From: Armatimonadota bacterium
GTDB lineage: Bacteria; Armatimonadota; UBA10988
Assembly (NCBI GenBank): GCA_016235455.1
Contig: JACRKZ010000018.1
Coordinates: 32,001 to 96,000, forward strand
Reading direction: 5' to 3'
DNA: 64,000 nt
Below, piece after piece: positions 9,853-19,169 of the stretch; position 1 is the stretch's first letter; every line of letters starts with the position of its first letter. Position numbers and translations under genes: made by a program. Below the pieces are notes generated by a model, which saw nothing but the letters and a program-made list of their open reading frames with translations, was not told the origin of the DNA and did no database searches.

Positions 9853-11013
9853 TTAGGTGGTCGGCGCGTAGTCCGGCGCGGCCGGCACATCCAGCGGCAT
9901 CCCGCCCTGGCGCAGCGATGCGGCGCCCTGGCAGCCGGTGGCCACGCTCATACGGCCGGCCAGCGCGGTGGCGATCGGCGCCTTGCCGTCCAGCACCATG
10001 TCCAGGAAGTCCTCGCAGATGACCGGGTCGGCACCGCCGTGTCCGCCTTCGGCGGGCTTCACCGTGTACTCGCGGTCGGAGAGCGACTTGTAACCGAAGC
10101 GGCGACGCAGCTTCACCCACACCTTGTTCTCCGGCTCTGAGTTCTCCACGCGGCCCTCGGTGCCGATGATGGTGTAGTTGCGGTGGTAGTCGGGCGTGAA
10201 GTGGCACTGCAGGTACGACGCCTTGATGCCGCCTTCAAGCATCATGATCATCGTCTGGTTGTCCTCAACGTCGATCTCTTCGCGGAAGGCGCACAGCTCG
10301 TGGCCCGGCCAGGCGCTCTGGCAGTCGGGGCAGGTGCGCTTCTCGTCACACTCGGGGCATATGAGGTCGTTGGGCTTGTCGCCGCCGTAGTAGTCGAGCC
10401 CGCCGAAGGCCGCCACGCGCTGGGTGTAGCGCCCGGTCAGCCAGTGGATCATGTCGATATCGTGCGCGCCCTTTTGCAGCAGCAGCGATGTGGCGTTGCG
10501 CCGGGTGGCATGCCAATCGTGATAGTAGAAGTGCCCGCCGTAGCCCACGAAGTGGCGCACCCAGGCCGCCTTGACTTCACCGATGACGCCCGAGTCGATG
10601 ACTTCCTTCATGACCCGGAAGATGTTCATGTAGCGCATGTTGAAGCCGCACATGAGGCGCAGACCGGAGTCGGCATAGGCCTTGAGCATGCGGTCGCAGC
10701 CGTCGATGGTGATGGCCAGCGGCTTCTCGCAGAAGACATGCTTGCCCGCCGACAGCGCGGCAATGGCGTGCTCCTCGTGGCAGAAATCGGGCGAGGTGAC
10801 CGCGATGGCATCGATGTCGTCGCGCTCCAGCAGTCGCCGATAGTCGTCCGTGACGAACGCCTGACCGTCGAGCGCCTCCGAGAACGACTTGCGGAAGCCC
10901 TCATTGGGGTCGGCGCCACCCACGACCACCGACCGCTTGTCGGGCTGATGCCAGTGCCGCCACAGTCCACCACGACCGGCCACGCCGATCATGCCAATGC
11001 GCAACTTGTCCAC
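9853..11013 (-). CDS. Gfo/Idh/MocA family oxidoreductase
   Basis: IGMIGVAGRG, HVFCEKPLA, KGAHDID; GTG start with AAAGGAG RBS. Confidence 0.92.
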   Translation of the reverse strand: MDKLRIGMIGVAGRGGLWRHWHQPDKRSVVVGGADPNEGFRKSFSEALDGQAFVTDDYRRLLERDDIDAIAVTSPDFCHEEHAIAALSAGKHVFCEKPLAITIDGCDRMLKAYADSGLRLMCGFNMRYMNIFRVMKEVIDSGVIGEVKAAWVRHFVGYGGHFYYHDWHATRRNATSLLLQKGAHDIDMIHWLTGRYTQRVAAFGGLDYYGGDKPNDLICPECDEKRTCPDCQSAWPGHELCAFREEIDVEDNQTMIMMLEGGIKASYLQCHFTPDYHRNYTIIGTEGRVENSEPENKVWVKLRRRFGYKSLSDREYTVKPAEGGHGGADPVICEDFLDMVLDGKAPIATALAGRMSVATGCQGAASLRQGGMPLDVPAAPDYAPTT

Positions 11014-11106
11014 CGTGCACTCCTTTGTGAGGCCGCTGCGCGCGGTACCGACCGCGGGCATCCAGCCTACCCCAGCCATCGGCGGGAGTTTAGCACGGTT
11101 CGAGCG

Positions 11107-11436
11107 CTACTTGGGCGGCAGGCTGCCAGCAAACGTCCAGCCACGGTCCAGCCAGTCGGCCAGCACCACCTCGTCGGCCAGGACGTCGGCAGCCACCACC
11201 ACCCAGCCCTTCATGGGCCGACCGGTGATGTCGAAGGGTCGCGTGCCGGGCTCCATGAGGGCCAGTTCGCCATCTGCCGGGCCGACGCGCACAATCAGTT
11301 CGGCTCCCAGCAGGCCCGCGGCCATGTTGCCATCGCGCAGCCAGCCGAGCCCGCCGAACATGCGCTTCTCGACGAATCCGGCGCGTCCCGCGTAATGCGC
11401 GTGGCAGCGTTGGTGCAGATCGGCGTCAAAGGCCAT
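11107..11436 (-). CDS. TfoX/Sxy N-terminal domain protein
   Basis: EKRMFGGLGW..GNMAAG, RPMKGWVVV, LPPK terminus. Confidence 0.85.
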   Translation of the reverse strand: MAFDADLHQRCHAHYAGRAGFVEKRMFGGLGWLRDGNMAAGLLGAELIVRVGPADGELALMEPGTRPFDITGRPMKGWVVVAADVLADEVVLADWLDRGWTFAGSLPPK

Positions 11437-12229
11437 GGGTCGCGGGCTCCGTGGCTCGCTCGGCGAGCTCACGGCGCGCAGTGTACAACAGCAAATCGTC
11501 CTCGACCGCGGCCACCGCGTCCGTGGTTGTCGTCTTGGCGTACTGGGCCGCCGGGTTGCCCTGGCGATAGAAGCAGCCGATCAGCACCCAGCGCGGGTAG
11601 TCGCTCTCGTTGGCATCCGAGCGGTGCAGCGTGTTGCTATGGAAGAACAGCGCGTCGCCCGGCTCCATGGTGGCGTAGGCCAGCGGCAACACGGTCAGCG
11701 CCTGCGCCACCCGCGCGGGGTCGGCGCCGTGCTGTTCACCGATGGGACCATGGTCGAGGCGGCCGAGCAGATGGCTGCCGCGGATGACCTGGAGGCACCC
11801 GTTGTCGATGGTGCATGGATCGACGGCCACCATGCAACTGGCCAAGTCAGGATAGAGAAACTGCTCGCGGTCGTACCAGTAGCCGTAGTCCTGGTGCCAT
11901 TCCCAGGCGCCGCCGCCATGAGCTTCCTTCATCATCATCTTGTGGTGGAAGTAGCCCACCGGCCCGCCGAGCACCTGCTCCATGCCGCTGACCATGCGAC
12001 GGCCGCTGATCAGCGCGCTGTATACGTCGTCGCCGAGCTCGTAGCGCAGCGCCAGGCGCGAGGCGTTGCCGCCGGAATCGAGGCGGTCATTGGCGCCGGC
12101 GGCCAGCGCCCGATCGGCCTTGGCGATGGTGCGCAGCGCTTCGATCTCCTCGCGCGCGTAGAGACCACGCACGATGACATACCCATCTTGGGCAAAGCAC
12201 GCCAGATCCGACGCGGAAAGTGTGGCCAT
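11426..12229 (-). CDS. Phytanoyl-CoA dioxygenase (PhyH/EctD-like) Fe(II)/2OG dioxygenase
   Basis: WEWHQDYGYW, NGCLQVIRGSH, PGDALFFHSNTLHRS. Confidence 0.9.
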   Translation of the reverse strand: MATLSASDLACFAQDGYVIVRGLYAREEIEALRTIAKADRALAAGANDRLDSGGNASRLALRYELGDDVYSALISGRRMVSGMEQVLGGPVGYFHHKMMMKEAHGGGAWEWHQDYGYWYDREQFLYPDLASCMVAVDPCTIDNGCLQVIRGSHLLGRLDHGPIGEQHGADPARVAQALTVLPLAYATMEPGDALFFHSNTLHRSDANESDYPRWVLIGCFYRQGNPAAQYAKTTTTDAVAAVEDDLLLYTARRELAERATEPATHGL

Positions 12230-12363
12230 GTCCGCTGAGACTCCCTTTGGCTCAGCCTGCGGCCACGCCCGTGCCTCGTCAGGACCCATTTCCTGACCCC
12301 CAGGTCTGCAAGTGCGTCCTTGTCGCCGGCCTATCCCGGTCGTATGCTGATCCTGGGAGTGCC

Positions 12364-13611
12364 ATGCGAACCAACCGACGTGCCGCGATCATCTACGCCA
12401 TCATCTTCCTCGACCTGCTGGCCTTTGGTATTGTGGTGCCGCAACTGGGCATCTATGCCAAGCACTTCGGCGCCGACGCGCTGACCCAGGGCCTGCTGGT
12501 CGGCTGCTACTCGGCCATGCAGTTCCTGTTCGCGCCGCTGCTCGGTCGTTGGTCGGACCGCATCGGGCGTCGGCCGGTACTGGTGGTCAGTCTGCTCACC
12601 TCGCTGGCCGGCCACGTACTGTTCGCGCTGGCGCACAGCCTGCCGCTGCTCTTCGCCGCGCGGCTTATCGACGGCCTGGGCGGGGCCAACGTCGCCACGG
12701 CGCAGGCCTACCTGAGCGACGTGACGCCACCCGAGCGGCGCTCCAAGGCCATGGCAGCGGTCGGCATGTCCTTCGGCATGGGGTTCATCCTGGGTCCGGT
12801 GGTGGGAGCGGTGCTGGCCCCCTGGGGCACGCACCACTGGGGTGCTTACGGCGGCAACCTGGCCATCGGCTCGGTGGCGGCGGCCTGCTCGCTGGCCACG
12901 ATGGTCATGACCATCGTGTGGTTGCCCGAATCGCTAGCGCCCGAGCAGCGTCACGGCGCGCGAGGCCCGCTGCGCTTCGTCGACCTGGCCAGTCTGCGCA
13001 GCGCCTGGGCGCTGCCGGAGGTGCGCAATCTGCTTCTGGTCAACCTGATCAGCGTGGCCGGTTTCGCCGTGCTGCACGCCATCCTCAGCTACTTCCTCAT
13101 CGACCAGTTGCACATCGTCGTGCGCTCGGCTGAGGGGGTGAAGTCGGCTCAGCGCGCCACGGGCTGGGTCTTTGGCTGGATCGGCATCGTCAGTTTCCTC
13201 GCTCAAGGCGGTGTCCACGCCGTGGCGCACCGGCTGGGCGAAGAGCGGCTTCTGCGGATGGGGCTCATTCTCCAGACGGTGGGTCTGGCGCTGCTGCCCA
13301 TCGGGGGCTCGCTGGGCTGGCTGTTGCTGTGGTGCTTCCCGCTGGCCGTGGGCAGCGCCCTGTGCAACGCGCTGCTGCCGGCGCTGCTCACGCTGCACAG
13401 CCCGCCAGAGCGGCGCGGCGAGATCCTTGGCCTGTCCTCTTCCCTGGGCAGCATCGGCCGCATTGGTGGGCCGCTGTGCGGTGGCTGGCTCTACGATCTG
13501 TCGCCCACCGCGCCGTTCGCCGTGGGTGTGGCGCTCACACTGGTCGCCGTTGCGGTATCATGGAGCGTTCCCGAGAGAGTCGTCGCATGCCAGGACCCAG
13601 CCTCCGCCTAG
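12364..13611 (+). CDS. MFS transporter (TetA/DHA1-like)
   Basis: Motif A GRWSDRIGRRPVL; about 12 TM helices. Confidence 0.92.
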   Translation: MRTNRRAAIIYAIIFLDLLAFGIVVPQLGIYAKHFGADALTQGLLVGCYSAMQFLFAPLLGRWSDRIGRRPVLVVSLLTSLAGHVLFALAHSLPLLFAARLIDGLGGANVATAQAYLSDVTPPERRSKAMAAVGMSFGMGFILGPVVGAVLAPWGTHHWGAYGGNLAIGSVAAACSLATMVMTIVWLPESLAPEQRHGARGPLRFVDLASLRSAWALPEVRNLLLVNLISVAGFAVLHAILSYFLIDQLHIVVRSAEGVKSAQRATGWVFGWIGIVSFLAQGGVHAVAHRLGEERLLRMGLILQTVGLALLPIGGSLGWLLLWCFPLAVGSALCNALLPALLTLHSPPERRGEILGLSSSLGSIGRIGGPLCGGWLYDLSPTAPFAVGVALTLVAVAVSWSVPERVVACQDPASA

Positions 13612-13946
13612 TTGCCACCGCCGACCGCGTCACGCCCGACGATCCGCTGCCGGTGGCGGTAGCCGTCGTCAATTCCACCGGCCAGCCCCTGCACGGGCTG
13701 AGCGCCGAGCTCACGCTCGAGATCGAGAAGGGCGTGCTGCTGTCGTGGGAACTGATCCTCGCGGATGTGCCGGCCGGCGGCCAACTCGATCAGGCCATGC
13801 TCGACGCGCGGCCGGCATACCGCCTGCCGCACAACGCCGCCGTCGGCCAGGGCATGTTCCGCGCGCGGCTCTACGCCTCGGATGGCGCGCAGTTGGCCGA
13901 GGCCGAGCTCCAGTTACCGGTGACGGGCAGCGCCAGTCCGTCGTAA
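13587..13946 (+). CDS. Small hypothetical Ig-like protein
   Basis: MPGPSLRLVATAD..VAVAVVNSTGQPL beta-sandwich pattern with coding-like codon use; overlaps both neighbours. Confidence 0.55.
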   Translation: MPGPSLRLVATADRVTPDDPLPVAVAVVNSTGQPLHGLSAELTLEIEKGVLLSWELILADVPAGGQLDQAMLDARPAYRLPHNAAVGQGMFRARLYASDGAQLAEAELQLPVTGSASPS

Positions 13947-14686
13947 GCCAGCCGCACGCCGGCCGGCAGCAGCGCGTCGTCACGCTCGTGGTCGTACTCG
14001 TGGGTCAGGTGCGTCAGCCACGCCTGCCTCGGCCTCACTTGTTCAATCACCGCCAGGGCCTCGTCCCGGCCCATGTGCGTGTTGTGCGGCGTGTGGCGCA
14101 GGCCGTCGATGACCAGCGTGTCGAGCCCGGCCATGCGGGCCAGCGTGGCCTCGGGCACGCGCTTGCAGTCCGGCACATAGGCGAAGTCACCCACGCGCAG
14201 GCCCAGCACGGTGAGGTCGCCGTGCTCCACGGGCAGCGGCTCCAGGCGCACGCCGGCCACCTCGACCGCCTGGTCGAAGTCGGGTACCAGCTGCAGATCG
14301 AGGCGCGGCTTGAACGAGCCGTTGTCGACGCCGTCAAAAGCGTAGGCGAAGACCCGGCGGACGCACGCGAGAGTCACCGCATCGCCCAGGATGGGCATGG
14401 GGCGTTTGGCGCGGAGGATGTACAGGCGCAGATCGTCGAGGCCGAAGATGTGGTCGAAATGCTCGTGCGTAAGCACCACGGCATCGACGCGCATGATGCC
14501 CGCGCGGAGCGCCTGTGCACGGAAGTCGGGGCCGCAGTCGAGGATGATGCTACGCTCGTCATCGTGCAGCCAGACCGAGGATCGCAGCCGCCGATTGCGC
14601 GGGTCGGGTGACGTGCACACCGGGCATTCGCAACCCAGGAACGGCACGCCGGCCGAGGTGCCGGTGCCTAGCAGAACGGCTTCGAT
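13871..14686 (-). CDS. MBL-fold metallo-hydrolase (PhnP/YycJ-like), apparent ATC start
   Basis: LLGTGTSAGVP..CECPVC, LDCGPD, THEHFDH, HLTH; the conserved N-terminus begins at ATC 14686 after a GGAGG RBS. Confidence 0.88.
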   Translation of the reverse strand: MEAVLLGTGTSAGVPFLGCECPVCTSPDPRNRRLRSSVWLHDDERSIILDCGPDFRAQALRAGIMRVDAVVLTHEHFDHIFGLDDLRLYILRAKRPMPILGDAVTLACVRRVFAYAFDGVDNGSFKPRLDLQLVPDFDQAVEVAGVRLEPLPVEHGDLTVLGLRVGDFAYVPDCKRVPEATLARMAGLDTLVIDGLRHTPHNTHMGRDEALAVIEQVRPRQAWLTHLTHEYDHERDDALLPAGVRLAYDGLALPVTGNWSSASANCAPSEA

Positions 14687-14739
14687 GGGTCTTCCTCCAC
14701 CGTGTTAGAATAGCACAGGTTGGAGTGGCCTCTTCCCCC

Positions 14740-15711
14740 ATGAGCAGCGAATGGCGACGCTTTGGCTGGCAGCAGATGACCTTCATGGCGCCGGCTGACT
14801 GGTACCTGACCAAGATCTCCACCGAGCGCGCCTCGGGTGAGCTGTGGCTGTCCGACGCCGACTTGCCGCGCCTGCAGGTCAAGTGGAACGACGCCGCCAG
14901 GGAGAAGAAGGTCAACCCCAAGGGCACCCTGACCGCCTATCTGGCCAGCATCGAGCGCGCGGCCAAGAAGCGCAAGCTGTCCTGGCAGGCCGAGCGCGAC
15001 CTGCGCTTCTTCAAGGGCGGCCAGGCCGACGTGTCCAGCCTTGAGGGTTTCCACTGGACCTCGGAGATTGAGGCTTACGGCGCCATCTGGTACAGCCCGA
15101 AGAGCCTGCGCGTCACGCTCAGCCAGGTCAACGGCAAGACCGGCGAGAGCGACCTCAAGGCACTGGCCAAGCGGGTGCTCAACTCGCTGAGCGACGCACC
15201 CCAGGGCGAACTCGACCTGTGGACCGCCTACGACCTGACCTGCTCGGTGCCGCACGACTTCACGCTGGCCGAACAGCACATGGAGACCGGTCGCACCGAA
15301 CTCGACTTCGTGCGCGGCAAACAGGGCGAAAGGCTAGCCTGCGCGCGCTACGGTCTGGCTGCCATCGCGCTCGAGCGCGTCGGCGACCTGGGTGACTGGG
15401 CCTATCAGCAGCGCTTCAAGGCCTGGTACACCTATGACCTCAAGCGCGAGCTGGCCAATTTCGGCAGTTGGTCTTGCGTCCACTTCAGTGGGCTCAAGAA
15501 GAGCTGGCGCGAACGGCTGCGCCAGCGCATCTACGCCTTCCTCGGTCGCAAACTGCCCGTGGCGCTGAGCGCCTGGGTGTGGCACTGCCCCGAAGAGAAC
15601 GTGATCCTCATTGTCGAGCACCAGCACGACCCGCGCGACGACAGCCTCGTACCCCGGCTCGCGGAGCATATGCTCAGCCGACCAGAGCTGGTCGCGCCGC
15701 CCAAGGGCTGA
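14740..15711 (+). CDS. Hypothetical protein (Trp-rich, soluble)
   Basis: Long ORF with strong codon bias; first gene of a closely spaced plus-strand run. Confidence 0.75.
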   Translation: MSSEWRRFGWQQMTFMAPADWYLTKISTERASGELWLSDADLPRLQVKWNDAAREKKVNPKGTLTAYLASIERAAKKRKLSWQAERDLRFFKGGQADVSSLEGFHWTSEIEAYGAIWYSPKSLRVTLSQVNGKTGESDLKALAKRVLNSLSDAPQGELDLWTAYDLTCSVPHDFTLAEQHMETGRTELDFVRGKQGERLACARYGLAAIALERVGDLGDWAYQQRFKAWYTYDLKRELANFGSWSCVHFSGLKKSWRERLRQRIYAFLGRKLPVALSAWVWHCPEENVILIVEHQHDPRDDSLVPRLAEHMLSRPELVAPPKG

Positions 15712-15714
15712 GCC

Positions 15715-16500
15715 ATGCGGTTGGCAGCGACCACGGCACGCATCGAGCGGTTCGGCCAGCGCCCGGTCGCCGAGCAACTGGCCCTGGAGATGGGCATCCC
15801 CTTCTTGGAGCGCCGCAATCGTGGCGTTGAGCGCATCCTCGCCGAGGAGGGCCTCGACGGCCTCATCGTGGTCAACGATGAGGATGTGCAGTGGGTTGAC
15901 GGCGCGGGCGGCCGGTTCTTCTGGCACCCGAACATGGCTCTGGTGCGTATCCGTTCGGCGGCTCGCTGCGGCCTGCCCGACCCCATCGCCCGAGCCGGCA
16001 GGCTGGAGCCGGGCGATCGCGTCCTGGATGCCACGCTAGGCCTGGGCGCCGACGCCATCGTGGCCAGTGCGCACGTCGGCGAGACGGGGGTGGTCATCGG
16101 CATCGAGGTCTCGCCGGTCATCGCGGGGCTGGTCCGTAACGGCCTGGCCACGTATCAGCACAAACTCAACGCGTGCATGCGAAGGATTCGCGTGGTTTGC
16201 GGGAACTACGAGGCGCTGCTGGACGATCCCGAACTGGTCGGCGACGGCTGGGCCACGATCTTCTTCGACCCGATGTTCGAGCACACCGTCGAGGGCTCGA
16301 ACGGGTTGGACGGCGTGCGGCGGCTGGCCTGCTACGACCGGCTGACGCCCGAGATCATCGAGCGCGCCCGCCGACTGGCGCGCCGGGCAGTGGTGGTCAA
16401 GGGCCGCGGCAACGACCCGTGGCTCGGCGCGCTGGAGCCCGACCACTGGGTGCAAGGCCGGCACCGGCGCGTGGCCTATGCGGTTTTCGAGCCGAAGTAA
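15715..16500 (+). CDS. Class I SAM-dependent methyltransferase (RsmJ/YpiP-like)
   Basis: FFWHPNMA, VLDATLGLGADA, FFDPMF motifs. Confidence 0.85.
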   Translation: MRLAATTARIERFGQRPVAEQLALEMGIPFLERRNRGVERILAEEGLDGLIVVNDEDVQWVDGAGGRFFWHPNMALVRIRSAARCGLPDPIARAGRLEPGDRVLDATLGLGADAIVASAHVGETGVVIGIEVSPVIAGLVRNGLATYQHKLNACMRRIRVVCGNYEALLDDPELVGDGWATIFFDPMFEHTVEGSNGLDGVRRLACYDRLTPEIIERARRLARRAVVVKGRGNDPWLGALEPDHWVQGRHRRVAYAVFEPK

Positions 16501-16515
16501 GAGAGCTGGAGCGAC

Positions 16516-16887
16516 ATGGACCTGTGGGACGAACTCAAGCGCGGCGCGCAGTCGATCGTGGACGAGGGCAGCAAGTTCGGCAAGATGGCCAAGCTGCGCT
16601 CTCAGGTCCGCGGGCTCGAGGCGGAGCTGGGTGACAAGATCTACGACCTGGGCACCCGCTCGCTGGAGTTGCACCGGCGCAACGAGCTGCATCACTTTGA
16701 GCTCGACGAGTTGTTTGCCGAGATCCAGGCCATGCAACGCGAACTGCGCGAGCGTGAAGCCGAGATCGAGGCCATGGCCGGCCGAGAGCCCAACGCGGCC
16801 GCCAGTGGCGCCTGTCCCGACTGTGGGCAGAAGGTCGTCGAGGGCGACCGCTTCTGCCGAGGGTGTGGCTACCGTCTGAAGGGATGA
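16516..16887 (+). CDS. Coiled-coil protein with C-terminal zinc ribbon
   Basis: CPDCG..FCRGCG after a helical region. Confidence 0.85.
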   Translation: MDLWDELKRGAQSIVDEGSKFGKMAKLRSQVRGLEAELGDKIYDLGTRSLELHRRNELHHFELDELFAEIQAMQRELREREAEIEAMAGREPNAAASGACPDCGQKVVEGDRFCRGCGYRLKG

Positions 16888-16891
16888 CACG

Positions 16892-17290
16892 ATGAGCAAC
16901 TGGTTTGACCGATTCACGGATCTGGACAAGATGAAGGAACAAGCTGAGGGTTTGTGGGACCGCGGGGTGCGCGAGACCAAGCGCCAGGCCGCGCTGGCCA
17001 AGATCCGCATCCGCCTAATCAGCCTCGAACAGCGCATGAAAGCCGCGCTGCTCACCCTCGGCAAGCAGGTCTGGGACCTGCATTGCGCCGACACGTTGAC
17101 CAAGGACAACCTGGGCAACGCCTTCGACGCCCTGGAGTCGCTGGCTGACGAGATCGCCGAGGCCAAGGCCGACCTGGAGCAGGTCCAGAAGGCCACCACC
17201 GAGGCCGAGATCGCCGAAGCCGTGGCCGATGACACGCCCATCGATGAGGCGCCCGCCGGCGACGATGAGCCGGAGCGCAATCTGGAGTAG
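16892..17290 (+). CDS. Coiled-coil hypothetical protein, paralog of the upstream gene, acidic tail
   Basis: AKIRIRLISLEQRMKAALLTLGKQVWDLH resembles AKLRSQVRGLEAELGDKIYDLGTRSLELH. Confidence 0.75.
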   Translation: MSNWFDRFTDLDKMKEQAEGLWDRGVRETKRQAALAKIRIRLISLEQRMKAALLTLGKQVWDLHCADTLTKDNLGNAFDALESLADEIAEAKADLEQVQKATTEAEIAEAVADDTPIDEAPAGDDEPERNLE

Positions 17291-17308
17291 GCGTCGTCTT
17301 GGTTTGTG

Positions 17309-17367
17309 GTTCTGCCTTCAGGCGGTCGCAGCTCGCCCAGCGCGTCGCGACCGCCTGAAGGCAGAAC
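17309..17367. repeat. Perfect 21-bp inverted repeat (REP doublet)
   Basis: GTTCTGCCTTCAGGCGGTCGC at 17309-17329 and its reverse complement at 17347-17367. Confidence 0.85.
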
Positions 17368-17383
17368 TTCGTACGCGCGCGTG

Positions 17384-17389
17384 TATAAT
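17384..17389 (+). promoter_or_regulatory. Putative sigma70 -10 box of hpnCDE
   Basis: Perfect TATAAT in GC-rich DNA just upstream of hpnC. Confidence 0.5.
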
Positions 17390-17409
17390 GAGCCCCTGGA
17401 GTATGGCGC

Positions 17410-18312
17410 GTGGCGTGTTCGGTGGCCGAGAAGTATCGTCTGGACGAGGATCGGCCGATCGGGCTCGATGAGGCTCGTCGGCTGGCTGAGCAGTTGGCCA
17501 CCAGCCAGTATGAGAACTTCACCGTCGTCTCGTGGATGCTACCCAAACCGCTCCGACAGCACTTCTACAATGTCTACGCCTACTGCCGCGTAAGCGACGA
17601 TCTGGCCGATGAGGTAGGCGACACCGCTACCTCGCTGGACCTCCTCGACCGCTGGCGTACCGGACTGCACGCCATGTATGCCGGCCGACCCGACCACTGG
17701 GTGTTCACGGCTCTGGCCGACACGGTGGCCCAGTTCGACATCCCGGCCGACCCCTTCGACCACCTGCTCGATGCTTTCGTGCAGGACCAGCGTCAGCCGC
17801 GCTATGAGACCTACGACGACCTGCTGGGCTACTGCGTCAACAGCGCCAATCCCGTCGGGCAACTCGTGCTGTATCTCGGCGGCTACCGTGATGCCGAGCG
17901 ATTTGCGCTGAGCGACCACACCTGCACGGCGCTGCAACTGACCAACTTCTGGCAGGACGTGGCCCGTGACTGGGACAAAGGCCGTGTGTATCTGCCGCTC
18001 GAGGACATGCGCCGCTTCGGCGTGACCGAAGAGCAGATCGCGCAACGACGATTCACCGCCGAGTACCGGGACCTGTTGGCCTTCGAGTGCGCGCGGGCCA
18101 AGTCGCTGTTCGACCAGGGCGCCCGGCTGCTGGACATGATCGACGGTCATGTGCGGCGCGACGTGGCGCTGTTCACCGCGGGCGGCGTGGCCATCCTGCG
18201 GCGCATCGAGGCCGCCGGCTACGACACGTTGAGCAGCCGCCCCACGCTGGGCAAGGCCGGCAAGGTGATGCTCATGCTGCGTGTGCTGCTGGGAGGTCAA
18301 CCGTGGCGCTGA
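17410..18312 (+). CDS. hpnC: Hydroxysqualene synthase HpnC
   Basis: YENFTVVS, YAYCRVSDDLADE, SANPVG, TALQLTNFWQD. Start could be GTG 17410 or 17422. Confidence 0.92.
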   Translation: MACSVAEKYRLDEDRPIGLDEARRLAEQLATSQYENFTVVSWMLPKPLRQHFYNVYAYCRVSDDLADEVGDTATSLDLLDRWRTGLHAMYAGRPDHWVFTALADTVAQFDIPADPFDHLLDAFVQDQRQPRYETYDDLLGYCVNSANPVGQLVLYLGGYRDAERFALSDHTCTALQLTNFWQDVARDWDKGRVYLPLEDMRRFGVTEEQIAQRRFTAEYRDLLAFECARAKSLFDQGARLLDMIDGHVRRDVALFTAGGVAILRRIEAAGYDTLSSRPTLGKAGKVMLMLRVLLGGQPWR

Positions 18313-19169
18313 GCCTGGTCGACAGCTATGACGTGTGCCGCCGCGTGGTGGCTGCCGCCGGCAGCAGCTTCGAGGCCGGCATGAAGCTCTTCCCCGCCGA
18401 CCGCCGCGACGCGGTCTACGCGCTGTACGCCTTCTTCCGCATCAGCGACGACCTCGTTGATGACGGCGAGGAGTCGATGCGCGCGGCCGAATTCGGCGTC
18501 TGGCAGGAGGATGTGCGCGCCGCGCTGGGGGGCGCCGAGCCCAACCACGACTGCCTGCCCGCTGTGCTCGACGCGGTCCGGCGCTTCGAGCTGCCCGCTG
18601 CCATCTTCACCGACTGCCTCGACGCCTGCGCCGAGGACCTGGGCTCCGTGCGGCTGGCCGACTGGGCCGCCGTGGACCGCTACTGCGACGGCGTGGCCGG
18701 CACCGTCGGCGAGGCCTGCCTGCGCATCCTGGGCGACAGCGACGACCAAGTGCTGGGGCTGTCGAAGCTCAATGCGCGCGCCGTGCAGCTGACCAACATC
18801 ATCCGCGACATCGACGAGGATCTGACGCGCGACCGCATCTACCTGCCCACCGACCTGCTCGACCGGCATGGGGTGAGCCACGATGACCTGGCCGCCGAGG
18901 ACCGCCCGGCCAGCCTCGTGGCCGCGCTGACCGAAGCCGCCGAGCGCGCCGAGTCGCTCTACCACGACGCCGAACCGCTCTTCCCGCTCCTGGCGGCGCG
19001 CCACCGGCCGCCGATTGTGGCCATGACGCTGCGCTATCGCGAACTGCTCGGCCAACTGCGTCGTGAGGGCTTCCGCGAGAAGGGCCGCGCCAGCCTCAGC
19101 GGCACCGGCAAGCTGGGCGTGCTGGCCTCGGTGCTGGCCTCACCCTGGATGCCGACGTGGCGGCGCTGA
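18303..19169 (+). CDS. hpnD: Presqualene diphosphate synthase HpnD
   Basis: LYAFFRISDDLVD, YCDGVAGTVG, QLTNIIRDIDED..RIYLP. Confidence 0.88.
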   Translation: MALSLVDSYDVCRRVVAAAGSSFEAGMKLFPADRRDAVYALYAFFRISDDLVDDGEESMRAAEFGVWQEDVRAALGGAEPNHDCLPAVLDAVRRFELPAAIFTDCLDACAEDLGSVRLADWAAVDRYCDGVAGTVGEACLRILGDSDDQVLGLSKLNARAVQLTNIIRDIDEDLTRDRIYLPTDLLDRHGVSHDDLAAEDRPASLVAALTEAAERAESLYHDAEPLFPLLAARHRPPIVAMTLRYRELLGQLRREGFREKGRASLSGTGKLGVLASVLASPWMPTWRR

